Of a DNA stretch of 64,000 nt, positions 19,384-29,512 are shown piece after piece. The notes beneath the pieces were generated by a model that did not search any database, was not told the origin of the DNA, and saw nothing but the letters and a program-made list of their open reading frames with translations. The translations under genes and the position numbers were made by a program. Within the stretch, counting starts at the first letter, position 1. The number at the start of each line of letters is the position of its first letter. Source of the stretch: Candidatus Brocadiia bacterium (GTDB taxonomy: Bacteria > Planctomycetota > Brocadiia > CAIUPP01); contig JBEKCB010000005.1 of assembly GCA_050015075.1 (NCBI GenBank), positions 128,001-192,000 on the forward strand. The letters are read 5' to 3'.

Positions 19384-21060
19384 TTGTCGAAAGCCAGGAC
19401 GGGCTCGAGCGGGTTCGCGGCCATCGCGGCGGTGCTGTTCCTCGCGGCGGGCTTGCGCGGGGCGATCCTCTTCGCGGGGCATCGCGGCCTGCGGAGCGAC
19501 GAGGCGGTCGTCGGGCTGATGGCCAAGCACATCTTCACGCGCGGCGAGACGCCGGTGTTCCTCTACGGCCAGGCGTATGGCGGCGGCCACGCGATGGCCG
19601 CCTACCTGGCCGCGCCGCTCTTCGCGGCGTTCGGGCGCTCAGCGGTGCTGCTCGACGGCGTTTCCATGGCGCTCTCGCTCGTAAGCGTCTGGCTCGTCTG
19701 GCTCATCGTGAGGCGCCACGTCGGCGATGCGGCGGCGGTCCTCGCGGCGGCGCTCTACGCGTTCTCTCCGCCTGTGGTCTACCAGTCCTATCTCGTCAAC
19801 GGCGGTACCGAGGCGTTTCTCCTGGCGCTCGTGGCGCTCCACTTCTTCCTGCGGTCGTACGCGGGCGAGGAACCGGACCCGGGCGGACAGTTCCTGGCCG
19901 GGCTCTTCGCCGGGCTGGCGTACTGGGCGATGGACTACACGCTGCTCTACCCGGTGGTCTTCGCGCTGCTGTGGCTGGCGCGCGGATCGGCGGGGCGATG
20001 GCGCGCGCTGGGGCGGCTGGCAGGCGGGTTCCTGGTCGGCTGCCTGCCGCTGGTGGCGTACAACGCGGCGCATGATTTCGAGCACTTCCGGCAGATGTAT
20101 GCGCCGGCGGCGGGGGCCAGCGTCGGGTTCCTGGTGCATTTCTTCGGCGCACTCCGGGGCGTTTTTTCCGGGGACCTCGCGGCATTCTTCGGCGGCGACA
20201 TAGACGATGTCCACACGGCCGGCCCGGCGGCGTGGGTCCATGCGGCCGCCGCGATGCTCGCCGTGGCGATCCTGATCTATCGGCACCGCGCGGCGATCGC
20301 GCGCTTCCTCAAGTCGCGGCAAGTGCCGGTGACGCTGCTGCCGGCCGTCTTCGTGATCGTGTACCTGGGCATGTACGGCGTCGCAAAATTCTCGCTGCCG
20401 GAACTCCGCACGCCGCGCTACCTGCTGCCGCTCTGCCCGTTCGTCAGCATCGCCATCGCAATCGTGGTCGCGGGCTGGACGGGCGCGCGCAGGTGGGCCG
20501 GCCTGGCGGTGATCGCTTTTCTCGTGGCGGCCGGCGCGGCGGAGTCGCTTCAGATCGGGATGCGCCCCTGGCACGAGGAACACCGGATCAGGACCTCCGG
20601 CATCGAGATGGCAAAGCTGGCCGCGGCGGTCGAGGAGCGCGGCATCCGCGTCGCGCTTGCGCCTTACGAGATTCAGTGGCGGCTGATGTTCGCGACGGAC
20701 GAAAGGGTGACGGTCTCTTCCGTCTGGATCAGTCCCGGGCCGGCGCTGGGCCAGACCTCACGCTATCAACCTTACGACGACGCGGTGGTGAAGATGGTCC
20801 GCGAGGGCAAGAAATTCGCTTTCATTTTCCGGCGCGATTTCGGTTTTGCGGAGTGGGCGGCGCGCGGACGCTCCGGCGGCATCACGCGCGATATCTGGCG
20901 GGACGCCTGCCGAAGAGCGGGAATTTCGCCGGCGGGAATTCCGGTCGGCGAGGAGTTCGTGATCTTCTATCCTCTGGACTTGTCTTTCATGCAGGCGCTC
21001 TTGAAGGCCCAGGAAGCAGCCGCCCCGGCGTCCGCGCCGGGCGCCGCATCGGGCCGGTGA
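19384..21060 (+). CDS. GT-C membrane glycosyltransferase (ArnT/PMT, GT39/83-like)
   Basis: SDEAVVGLMA first-loop motif, many TM helices, and PRYLLP. TTG start after GGAGG. Confidence 0.75.
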   Translation: MSKARTGSSGFAAIAAVLFLAAGLRGAILFAGHRGLRSDEAVVGLMAKHIFTRGETPVFLYGQAYGGGHAMAAYLAAPLFAAFGRSAVLLDGVSMALSLVSVWLVWLIVRRHVGDAAAVLAAALYAFSPPVVYQSYLVNGGTEAFLLALVALHFFLRSYAGEEPDPGGQFLAGLFAGLAYWAMDYTLLYPVVFALLWLARGSAGRWRALGRLAGGFLVGCLPLVAYNAAHDFEHFRQMYAPAAGASVGFLVHFFGALRGVFSGDLAAFFGGDIDDVHTAGPAAWVHAAAAMLAVAILIYRHRAAIARFLKSRQVPVTLLPAVFVIVYLGMYGVAKFSLPELRTPRYLLPLCPFVSIAIAIVVAGWTGARRWAGLAVIAFLVAAGAAESLQIGMRPWHEEHRIRTSGIEMAKLAAAVEERGIRVALAPYEIQWRLMFATDERVTVSSVWISPGPALGQTSRYQPYDDAVVKMVREGKKFAFIFRRDFGFAEWAARGRSGGITRDIWRDACRRAGISPAGIPVGEEFVIFYPLDLSFMQALLKAQEAAAPASAPGAASGR

Positions 21061-21111
21061 GACCCTGAGAGAGCGGCGTCGTTCGGGGCAAACACGCCAC
21101 ACGGAGCCAGT

Positions 21112-22581
21112 CTATTTCCAAGTCGTTTCGGCCGGCGGAGTTTTCTCTCCATTCGGGCCCGCTGGAATATCATTGCGGTACTTCTGCCACATTTCCATCA
21201 CGAACGGATCCCAGGTCTGTCTTTGCCATGCCCAGTCCAAATAGGTCAGTCCGGTAGCAGGATAAGGAGGGAATTTCGTCTGCGCCTGGATGGTTTTCAT
21301 GAATTGCGTATCGTCTTCCGTCATCCAGCGATCCACATAACTGAAAAATGCATCGTGGTCCCAATATTTTTCCGCGTGCATAAGCCTGGCCGCCAATGCC
21401 TCGCCCACCCAGGCAAGACTCGTGCAACTGCGGCGATAAGCCTCGTTCATGCCGGGCTCCTCCGGATCGATCGGCCAGTCTTTGGGCTGAAGATCTTCAT
21501 ACTGGCCCCAACCGGGAGTCGTCTTATTCATATTAATCCCGTTTTTGTCAACGCCTTGATGCCCGGCATAAACCACGTTCGCCCCGGTCCAGGAGCGTTT
21601 GAACAAGGTCTGCATATCCTCTCCAAACTGGCACTGGGGATAGGTCTTGCTCGGTGAGGCCATTTCGTCATCGCCCAGCATGATCCCGGCGAACACAATC
21701 GGCCATTTCCTTCCCGTCCCATGCCCGCCGAAACCTTGCCATCCGTGAAAACCGGCTCGCACGATTCCCCACAGATCAATTCCGTTCTGCACGAAACCGA
21801 TCAGGAGCTTCTCTTTTCTCGCCGGCGGCAGATCGGTCATTAAGATCAAGCTGGCCAGGCCGGCGGACCTGCCCAGCTCTCTTCCATACTGCGGCTGGTA
21901 TTCCGCCGGGGCGTCAAAGGAAAAGAAAACCAGATCGAGCCAGACGCGGATGTAATGATCTTCAAACTCTTTCAGCATCAGCGCGCCCTGGTCGGTATCG
22001 AAAGTGTCTTTGCCATAAGACAAGCTGGGCAAAAGGTTCCTCTTTAGATTGCCGGCCAGATAGATTTTCTGGGACCGGTCGCAATAGGACGGGCGGAAGG
22101 CGTCCGCCGGCACCGCCGCAGCGAGGCAGGTGAGCACGCAGGCGCTCTTCACCGGGCAGCCTGATTTATCGCTCCTCCGAAGCCAATTCGGTATAGTCCC
22201 GAATTCCTTATCGCTGGCGCTGATCGTGGAGATCAGCGCGTCGCCCGGCTTCATGTGGATCGGCAATGGGGTGGACATCTTGGGGTCATAGCGTCCCGCC
22301 GGTTCGCGGCTGTCGTATCCGCTGTAACCGTCATTCAGCGGCGGATTCAACTCGCTTCCATTTCGCCCGTTGCCCGGCGGAGGAGTGATCGAGACCACTT
22401 CGCAGTCGCCCACGACATAGTAGTCTCCGGTGACAAACCGTCCGACCTCGGCCGGTTCACTGAGTTTCCACGTGATCCCGTATTGCGTGACGGTATCGGT
22501 CTTCTCGGCTCGAGCATTCCGAGCGAACATGCCCAGGAGAACGGCCCCAACGATCAGACAAGCTTTCTTGGACGAGTGCAT
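21112..22581 (-). CDS. Secreted hypothetical protein (possibly carbohydrate-active)
   Basis: Signal peptide ending ARA, Trp/Tyr-rich body, GGAGG RBS, and visibly lower GC than its neighbours. Confidence 0.7.
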   Translation of the reverse strand: MHSSKKACLIVGAVLLGMFARNARAEKTDTVTQYGITWKLSEPAEVGRFVTGDYYVVGDCEVVSITPPPGNGRNGSELNPPLNDGYSGYDSREPAGRYDPKMSTPLPIHMKPGDALISTISASDKEFGTIPNWLRRSDKSGCPVKSACVLTCLAAAVPADAFRPSYCDRSQKIYLAGNLKRNLLPSLSYGKDTFDTDQGALMLKEFEDHYIRVWLDLVFFSFDAPAEYQPQYGRELGRSAGLASLILMTDLPPARKEKLLIGFVQNGIDLWGIVRAGFHGWQGFGGHGTGRKWPIVFAGIMLGDDEMASPSKTYPQCQFGEDMQTLFKRSWTGANVVYAGHQGVDKNGINMNKTTPGWGQYEDLQPKDWPIDPEEPGMNEAYRRSCTSLAWVGEALAARLMHAEKYWDHDAFFSYVDRWMTEDDTQFMKTIQAQTKFPPYPATGLTYLDWAWQRQTWDPFVMEMWQKYRNDIPAGPNGEKTPPAETTWK

Positions 22582-22642
22582 TTTTTACCTCCCGTTGGCG
22601 TCCCAGGCTAATCGCACAATACGCACACTCGGCGCCGTGAAT

Positions 22643-22680
22643 AGAAAGGGGCGCGCGCCTTGAATGGCCCGCGCCCCTTC
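22643..22680 (-). terminator. Intrinsic terminator after the OmpA gene
   Basis: GGGGCGCG...CGCGCCCC stem followed by TTTCT on the minus strand. Confidence 0.6.
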
Positions 22681-22698
22681 CGCAAGGACTGGCACGAC

Positions 22699-23493
22699 TT
22701 ACTTCGGCGTCATCGGCTCGGCGGATTTCGACGGCTTCGGCGCGCGGCCGGCGGGTTTCGGCGTCGTCCCCTCGGGGATTTCGCGCGGGTTCACGGTGTC
22801 CTTCAGCAGGATGATCTCCGCGCGGCGCGACTTGGCCTTGTCTTCCGTGCCGGAGGCGCCGGACACCAACGCGTACTGGCCGTAACCTTCGAAGTGCAAG
22901 CGCGCCGACGGGATGCCGGCTTTCTCGAGGAACTCCAGCACCGCGAGCGCGCGGTGCCCGGAGAGATCGAAGTTGTCCTCCCACTTGCCCTTGGTTTTCT
23001 TGATCGGATCCGAATCGGTGAAGCCGCGGATCGCGAGCTTGTTCGGCTTGTCGCGCACCAGTTCGGCCACCTGCTTGAGGACCTTCTCGCCGCTGGATTT
23101 CAACTTGGCTTCGCCGGAGGCGAAGAGGACGTCGCCCTTCACGCGGATGCCCACATCGCCGCTCGGCGTCGTGAACGTCTCCACGTTCTCGCCCAGTTCC
23201 GGCCCGCCCTTGCTGATGCCCCGCTGCAGGTTCTCGAGGTTCGCCTTCAGCGCCGTCAGCAGCTCGCCTTTATCCTGTAACTGCGTCTTGAGGAAATCGT
23301 TCTCCTGCGTGAGCGAGACCTTGTCATTCGTCAGCGAGCTGATAATGACCGACTGGTCCTGATTCAAACGTTTCAGCGTGTTGTACTCATCGTACTCGGA
23401 GGGCGTCAGCCACCGTCCCGTGGACCGGCAACCGGAAAACGCCACGACGCTCCCGACCACCAACAGGCACGCCCCCCACCGCAGGCTCTTCAT
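22699..23493 (-). CDS. OmpA/MotB-family peptidoglycan-binding lipoprotein with a coiled coil
   Basis: FSGC lipobox, coiled coil, VLFASG, GFTDSDP, NFDLS..RA, and SRRAEI. Confidence 0.88.
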   Translation of the reverse strand: MKSLRWGACLLVVGSVVAFSGCRSTGRWLTPSEYDEYNTLKRLNQDQSVIISSLTNDKVSLTQENDFLKTQLQDKGELLTALKANLENLQRGISKGGPELGENVETFTTPSGDVGIRVKGDVLFASGEAKLKSSGEKVLKQVAELVRDKPNKLAIRGFTDSDPIKKTKGKWEDNFDLSGHRALAVLEFLEKAGIPSARLHFEGYGQYALVSGASGTEDKAKSRRAEIILLKDTVNPREIPEGTTPKPAGRAPKPSKSAEPMTPK

Positions 23494-23591
23494 CAGACAC
23501 TCCTTTCGCTGACCCAGGTCAAAAAAACACGGACTCGTTTCTGTCCAACGGCGTTTATTTCCGCCAGGCGCTCCATGCGCCTTGATTCATT

Positions 23592-25013
23592 TCAGCGCGA
23601 CTGACTGTGCATCGCCTCGGCGATCTTGGCGGTCAGGGCGTTGTGTACATTAAATGCGTCGCAGAAGAGCAGGGCTCCGGCAATGATCAGAGCCACCGTG
23701 GCGGCGATGAGCAGCACGTTGCCGATCGGCCAGGGCTGCGCGGTCTCCCAACCGGCCGGGACGATGGCAGGCGCCGCCTCTTCTTCGGGCTCTTCTTCGC
23801 CGGCCTGTTCCTGAAGGGCCGCCGCGACCGCTCCATCCACGCCGCCGGTCTCAACCGCCTCGCCTCCCTCGCCCAGGGCGGCCTTGGTTTCCTCGGCGCC
23901 CAGGGCGGCCTTGGTTTCCTCCGCGACCGGGATGCCGACCGTCTCGTGGTCGTCGCCCGGCGCCTCAGCGGCCGTCGCGGGCTTGGGGCCTGCGCCGACG
24001 ACCTCTTTCGTCTCAAGCACTTCGTCCACGTCGAGCGTTTCGAGCGCCTCGTCGCTGCTGTCGTCCGGGGCGGGTCCGAGGATATCGGCGACGACCTTGT
24101 CGGTCGAAGGGTCTTTCGATTTCGGTGCGGGCTTCTGTCCGACTTGCGAGGGACTTTCCGAGGCGACTTCGATTTCATCGCCGGAGGTGCCCTCGTCGGA
24201 AAACTGGATGCGGGACGCGCTGGAGGCGGACTCGGACGAGCTTTCCTCGGCGACTTCGAGGATGTCCATGGAGGATTCCGATTCGTCGGCGATGAGCACC
24301 GAATCGCCTCTTTCCCCATCCGACGGCAGTTTCAAATCCTTTTCCGCGAAGTCGAACGCCGGAGCGGCCCCTGGCTTGGCTTTCTCTTCCTTGCCGGCGC
24401 CCGGCAGAAGCAGCGAAGTCTGGTCGCCCTCCTCGAGGACCGGCGGCTCTTCTTCGTGGAGGTCCTTGATGCCGGCTTCCGCGCCGGTCACGCCGCGCGT
24501 CTCGACCTCTTGGTCCACGTCGAGCGTCGCGAGCGCCTCGTCGCTGCTGTCCTCAGGCGCGGGCCCGAGAATGTCGGTGACGACCTTGTCGGTTGACGCG
24601 TCGCCAATTTTCGGCGCGGCGCTTCCCGGAGCCGCCTTCATATCATCGCTGGAGCTGACTTCGTCGGGGACGAGGTCCTTCTCGCCGAACTGGAAGACGG
24701 GCTTCTCCGGCTGCTTGTTTTTGGGTTCGCCCGGCTGGACCGGCGCCAGGACGGAGGTCTGGTCGGTGTCCTCGATGCCCGCGTCGGACTCGACTTCGGT
24801 CAGGTCAATCTTGGAGGAGGCGCCTTCGGCCAGCACCGTGGCGCCGCCGGCGAGTCTCTTCTTGTACGCGTCAATATCCGCAGGGCGGAACTTGTAGGTC
24901 TTCTGGTCGAGGAAACCGCGCAGAAGACCCTTCTTCACCAGCTCGGCGATCTGGTCTTTGCTCAGTTGGAGTTGCTTGGCGGCATCGTCAATGTTCAAGA
25001 GTACGTCAGCCAT
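23592..25013 (-). CDS. Excisionase-like HTH protein with a long acidic linker and a C-terminal TM helix
   Basis: LLNIDDAAKQL....I..LVKKG.LRGF.D....KFR N-terminus, D/E/S-rich repeats, and a hydrophobic C-terminus. Confidence 0.75.
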   Translation of the reverse strand: MADVLLNIDDAAKQLQLSKDQIAELVKKGLLRGFLDQKTYKFRPADIDAYKKRLAGGATVLAEGASSKIDLTEVESDAGIEDTDQTSVLAPVQPGEPKNKQPEKPVFQFGEKDLVPDEVSSSDDMKAAPGSAAPKIGDASTDKVVTDILGPAPEDSSDEALATLDVDQEVETRGVTGAEAGIKDLHEEEPPVLEEGDQTSLLLPGAGKEEKAKPGAAPAFDFAEKDLKLPSDGERGDSVLIADESESSMDILEVAEESSSESASSASRIQFSDEGTSGDEIEVASESPSQVGQKPAPKSKDPSTDKVVADILGPAPDDSSDEALETLDVDEVLETKEVVGAGPKPATAAEAPGDDHETVGIPVAEETKAALGAEETKAALGEGGEAVETGGVDGAVAAALQEQAGEEEPEEEAAPAIVPAGWETAQPWPIGNVLLIAATVALIIAGALLFCDAFNVHNALTAKIAEAMHSQSR

Positions 25014-25225
25014 GGCACACCTCCTCGCCGGTCAGGTCCGAACGAGAGTCCGGATGCCGGCTTTCAACCAGACGGCGATCCCTCGAAACTGCGGGGGTAG
25101 TATAGCACCGCCCGCAACCGTAAAGCAAGGAATTCATGGCGCGGAATGCAACCGGCCGGGCACGGCGGGATCGTTCAGGCTGCGATGGGCGGCGGGCGCC
25201 GTTCGGGCGCTTCGGCGTCGGTGGA

Positions 25226-25852
25226 TCAAGACTTGGGGGCCGTTCCGGATCCGGATACGCCTTCCGCGTCCGACGACCCGCGCGCGAGGCGCAGAACGGC
25301 GTCGTGAAGTTCATCCAGTCCGACCGGCTTGGCCATGCACAGGTCCGCGCCGGCCTCTTTGGCCTTCTCGATGTTCTCGGTGGTGGCGTACCCGGTGAGG
25401 ACGAGGATGCGTGTCTGCCGCGACCGCGGCGAAGCTTTGATATTGCGGCAGACGTCCAGCCCGTTCATGCCGGCCATCAGGAGGTCGAGAATCACGATGT
25501 GCGGCTGGAACTCGGAGACCTGGCGGCCAGCGGCGAATCCGTCGGCGGCCTGCCGGACCCGCATGTTCGGCTGGCGGCCCAGGAATTCCGTCGCGCTCTC
25601 GCGGAACGCCGCGTCATCGTCCACGACGAGCACCCGCAGCGTGCCGGTCAGATCGCGCCAGCCTCGAAGCTTGCGGGATTCGAGGAAGGCGTGCACGTCC
25701 GCGTCGAGCACGCGCAGATGTCCGCCGGGCGTTTCGTACGCCGGAAGGTTCCCCTCCAGAATCCACCGCCGGACGGTCGTGTAGTGAACACCACACTGTT
25801 CAGCGACCTGCATCGTGGAAAGGGCCTTCTGAACCTGTCCGCGCTTCTTCAA
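25226..25852 (-). CDS. Excisionase-HTH plus receiver-domain response regulator
   Basis: LSTMQVA..CGV...TVRRWI..G.L.AY.TPGGH.R, then VVDDD, DLLM, and KP. Confidence 0.88.
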   Translation of the reverse strand: MKKRGQVQKALSTMQVAEQCGVHYTTVRRWILEGNLPAYETPGGHLRVLDADVHAFLESRKLRGWRDLTGTLRVLVVDDDAAFRESATEFLGRQPNMRVRQAADGFAAGRQVSEFQPHIVILDLLMAGMNGLDVCRNIKASPRSRQTRILVLTGYATTENIEKAKEAGADLCMAKPVGLDELHDAVLRLARGSSDAEGVSGSGTAPKS

Positions 25853-25921
25853 ATCGTACCATCTCCTTCCATTTCGAAGTCGAATTCCAGTCCCCTCGGA
25901 AGGATATCACTCTCTCTCATT

Positions 25922-25950
25922 AACATACCACGATGTGGCTAGCGCGTCAA
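25922..25950 (-). promoter_or_regulatory. Sigma70-type promoter
   Basis: Minus strand TTGACG-N17-TATGTT with an extended TGn. Confidence 0.55.
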
Positions 25951-26012
25951 TTATCGCTCTCCCTTGAGGTTAGAACGCCGCATCCGCGTCAAACCAGGGC
26001 GGGTTCCGCTCG

Positions 26013-26041
26013 TTGACGCATTCGCATTGAAGCAGTACAAT
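26013..26041 (+). promoter_or_regulatory. Sigma70-type promoter
   Basis: TTGACG-N17-TACAAT upstream of the 26098 gene. Confidence 0.65.
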
Positions 26042-26097
26042 TCCTCGCGTATCATCAGGCGACATCGGCTCCACAGGAACAGGCCAGGAGAAAATTC

Positions 26098-27228
26098 ATG
26101 CCCTCGTTAAAAGTCGGCATCGTCGGCCTGGGCGGAATCGGCCAGGCGCATTTGAAGGCGATCTTAAAACTGGGCGACGTGCAGTTGGTCGGCTTCGCCG
26201 ATACCAGCAGTGCCGTGCGCGAGTCGCAAAGCCAGGAGCATAAACTGCCCGCCTTTGCGAGCCACCTTGAACTGATCGAAAAAGCGCATCCGGACTACGT
26301 CGTCATCTGCACGCCGCATTACAGCCACACCGATATTGCAATGGACGCCATGAGGCGCGGCGTGCACGCCTTCGCGGAGAAGCCGCTGACGGTTTCCGCC
26401 GCCCGCGCCGAGGAATGCGCCGCGGTGGCCAGGCAGACCGGCCGGGTCCTCGCCGTGAATTTTCTCAGGCGGCTGCAGCCCGCCGAGCGGAAACTGCACG
26501 ACCTGATCCAGGTCGGCTTCCTCGGCCGGACGCTCCGTGTGACGATGGTCTGCACCCGGTGGTTCCGGTCCATGGCTTACTATCACTCGAGCCCATGGCG
26601 GGCGACCTGGTCGGGCGAAGGCGGCGGCATCACCGTCAACCAGTCGCCGCACGACCTCGACCTGCTCAACTGGGCCGTCGGCATGCCCTCGGAGGTCTTC
26701 GCCGAGGTCAACACCTCCGGCCACGAGATCGAGGTCGAGGACGACGTCGTCGCCGCCATGAAGTGGCCCGGCGGCGCGACCGGAACGATGCACGTCACGA
26801 CCAACGAGGCGCCCGGACGGACCTTCTTCGAGGTTGCCGGCACCCGCGGCACGCTCACGCTCGAGAACAACAAGCTCAAGGCGACCGAACTGGCGGAGGA
26901 TTCCTCGCAGTTCAGCAACACCTCGAAAGGGGTGTGGAACAGCCCGGGAGTGAAATCGGCCATGACATACGAACTGACGGACACGGCGGACGGTTTCATG
27001 CTGATGCACCAGAACTTCGCCGACGCGATCCGGAAGGGCGCGCCGCTGATCTGCCCCGGCGACGAGGGCGTCCGGGAAGTGGAACTGGCCAACGCGCTGC
27101 TCGTCTCCGGCGTGAAGCGCAAGTGGGCCGCCACGCCGGTGGACCCGAAGGAGTTCGACGCGGTGCTTGCGAAGCTGCTCGAGCTCAAGAAACTCGACGC
27201 CGCGAAGGCGTATTTCACGGGGCGGTAG
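26098..27228 (+). CDS. Gfo/Idh/MocA oxidoreductase
   Basis: GIVGLGGIG, TPH, EKP, WRATW.GEGGG, and HDLD. Confidence 0.9.
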   Translation: MPSLKVGIVGLGGIGQAHLKAILKLGDVQLVGFADTSSAVRESQSQEHKLPAFASHLELIEKAHPDYVVICTPHYSHTDIAMDAMRRGVHAFAEKPLTVSAARAEECAAVARQTGRVLAVNFLRRLQPAERKLHDLIQVGFLGRTLRVTMVCTRWFRSMAYYHSSPWRATWSGEGGGITVNQSPHDLDLLNWAVGMPSEVFAEVNTSGHEIEVEDDVVAAMKWPGGATGTMHVTTNEAPGRTFFEVAGTRGTLTLENNKLKATELAEDSSQFSNTSKGVWNSPGVKSAMTYELTDTADGFMLMHQNFADAIRKGAPLICPGDEGVREVELANALLVSGVKRKWAATPVDPKEFDAVLAKLLELKKLDAAKAYFTGR

Positions 27229-27279
27229 TCTGCTTGTAGTGGCGCCGTAAGGCGCTGCTCGTATGCCCTGACGGGCACA

Positions 27280-27831
27280 CTACGAGCCCGGCTTGCAGAT
27301 GATCTCGTGCACCTTCAAGTCGAAGAAGTTGTGCGTGTTCGCCGGAGTGAGGACGAGGGCCGTGTCCGCGCCGCGGCCTGAGCCGCCGCAGGAGACGACC
27401 TTCTCGTCCGTGCGCACCATGCCGGCGTCGCAGGCCATAAGGGCCACCTCGCAGGCGACCTTGGTTCCCTGCCCGAAGATGCGCAGTGTGGCCGCGACGA
27501 TCTCGTCGGACTGATACGTCTGGAACTTTCTCCGGACGGCGCGGCCGAGGCCGCCGAACGCATGGGCCGCCGTCACGAGCCGCGCGCCCTCGGCGAGGAT
27601 CTGCTTCTCGACCTCGGCGGACATGTCCTGCGAGTCAGCGCGCGCGAAACCGAAGACGGACCGGACCACCATTAGTCGCGCGGCCGGCCACGATCCCAGG
27701 AACTTCAGCGCCGTCGCGCCGGTGTTCGACGCGACGACGATCTTCTCGACGCGCAATTCCTTCGCCCGGGCCACGGCCAGGTCAATCGTCTCGCGCGTGT
27801 TTTCCTCTCCGGCGTTCTTGAAGACGATCAT
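27280..27831 (-). CDS. Stand-alone pyruvate-kinase alpha/beta-domain protein
   Basis: GEENT, IVVASNTGATA, LRIFGQGTKVACE...MACDAG, GADTA, and EIICKP. Confidence 0.8.
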   Translation of the reverse strand: MIVFKNAGEENTRETIDLAVARAKELRVEKIVVASNTGATALKFLGSWPAARLMVVRSVFGFARADSQDMSAEVEKQILAEGARLVTAAHAFGGLGRAVRRKFQTYQSDEIVAATLRIFGQGTKVACEVALMACDAGMVRTDEKVVSCGGSGRGADTALVLTPANTHNFFDLKVHEIICKPGS

Positions 27832-28021
27832 GGCTTTCTCCCTCGCTCGCGCCCTGCCGCCGCTCCGCCGCGCCCGCACGAGGAGTCTATCACACGGAAT
27901 GCGGCCCGGCAACGGCCGAGGGCACTTGACTTGAGGCGCTCATAACGGCATGATAACTATTCTACGCCGCGGTTTCTCCGTCGGCCTTAGCGACTTCAAT
28001 TTTCTGACCGGGAGTTCAGTC

Positions 28022-29473
28022 ATGGCGCAAGCGGACATCGGCCTCATCGGCCTGGCGGTAATGGGCGAGAACATCGTGCTCAATATGGAGAGCAAGGGGT
28101 TCACCGTGGCGCTGTTCAACCGCACGGTGGAGAAGGTGGACGCGTTCGTCGCCGGCCGCGGCGCGGGCAAGAAGTTCGTCGGCTGTCATAGCATCCAGGA
28201 ACTCGCCGCCGCTCTCAAGCGTCCCCGCAAGGTGATGCTGCTGGTGAAGGCCGGCCAGCCGGTGGACGATCTCATCGAGCAGCTCATCCCCGTGCTGGAG
28301 CCGGGCGACATCATCATTGACGGCGGCAACAGCCACTTCACGGACACGATCCGCCGCGCGAAGCTCGTCGAGAGCAAGGGACTGCTGTACATCGGCACGG
28401 GCGTCTCCGGCGGCGAGGAAGGCGCGCTGACCGGCCCTTCGATGATGCCCGGCGGCAGCCCCGCCGCCTGGCCGCTGGTCAAGGACATCTTCCAGAAAAT
28501 CTGCGCCCGGACGCCCGAGGGCGAACCGTGCTGCGACTGGGTCGGCGAGAACGGCGCCGGCCACTTCGTCAAGATGGTCCACAACGGCATCGAATACGGC
28601 GATATGCAGATGATCTGCGAGACCTACTTGATGATGAAGGAAGGCCTCGGCATGTCGAACGAGGAGATGCACGACGCGTTCAACGCCTGGAACGAGGCGG
28701 AGCTGAAGTCCTACCTGGTCGAGATCACCCGCGACATCCTCGCTTATAAGAACGAGGAAGGGCAATACGTCGTGGACCTGATCCTGGACACGGCCGGGCA
28801 GAAAGGCACCGGCAAGTGGACCGTGCTGGCCGCCCTCGACGAAGGCCAGCCGCTGACGCTGATTGGCGAGGCGGTCTTCGCGCGCTGCCTCTCGGCGATC
28901 AAGGAAGAGCGCGTGGCCGCCAGCAAGGTGCTCAAAGGGAAGATGAAGAAGATCCGCGGCGACCGGCCGGCGCTGATCGCCGACCTGAGCCGGGCGCTGT
29001 ACGCCGCGAAGATCGTCTCCTACGCGCAGGGATTCCAACTGATGCGCTCGGCGGCGAAGACGTACTCCTGGAACCTCAACTACGGCGGCATCGCGCTGAT
29101 GTGGCGCGGCGGCTGCATCATCCGCTCGGCATTCCTGGGCAAGATCAAGGAGGCCTACGTCAACAATCCGAAGATCACCAACCTGCTGCTCGACCCGTTC
29201 TTCGCCGGTGCTGTGAAAACGGCGGAGAAATCGTGGCGCAACGTGATCCGGAAAGCCGTGCAGGCGCGCATCCCGGTCCCGGCGATCGGCTCGGCGCTGG
29301 AGTTCTACGACGGCTACCGCGCGCCGCGGCTCCCGGCGAACCTGCTCCAGGCGCAGCGCGACTACTTCGGCGCGCACACCTACGAGCGCGTGGACAAGCC
29401 GCGCGGCGAGTTCTTCCACACGAATTGGACCGGAAAAGGCGGAACGACGAGCGCTTCCACTTATACGGTATGA
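28022..29473 (+). CDS. gnd: 6-phosphogluconate dehydrogenase, decarboxylating (NADP)
   Basis: GLAVMG, VSGGEEGA, KMVHNGIEY, and QAQRDYFGAHTY. Confidence 0.97.
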   Translation: MAQADIGLIGLAVMGENIVLNMESKGFTVALFNRTVEKVDAFVAGRGAGKKFVGCHSIQELAAALKRPRKVMLLVKAGQPVDDLIEQLIPVLEPGDIIIDGGNSHFTDTIRRAKLVESKGLLYIGTGVSGGEEGALTGPSMMPGGSPAAWPLVKDIFQKICARTPEGEPCCDWVGENGAGHFVKMVHNGIEYGDMQMICETYLMMKEGLGMSNEEMHDAFNAWNEAELKSYLVEITRDILAYKNEEGQYVVDLILDTAGQKGTGKWTVLAALDEGQPLTLIGEAVFARCLSAIKEERVAASKVLKGKMKKIRGDRPALIADLSRALYAAKIVSYAQGFQLMRSAAKTYSWNLNYGGIALMWRGGCIIRSAFLGKIKEAYVNNPKITNLLLDPFFAGAVKTAEKSWRNVIRKAVQARIPVPAIGSALEFYDGYRAPRLPANLLQAQRDYFGAHTYERVDKPRGEFFHTNWTGKGGTTSASTYTV

Positions 29474-29512
29474 TTACGAAGTTTTGAAACCGGTTCCAGG
29501 AAGGAGCTTTCC

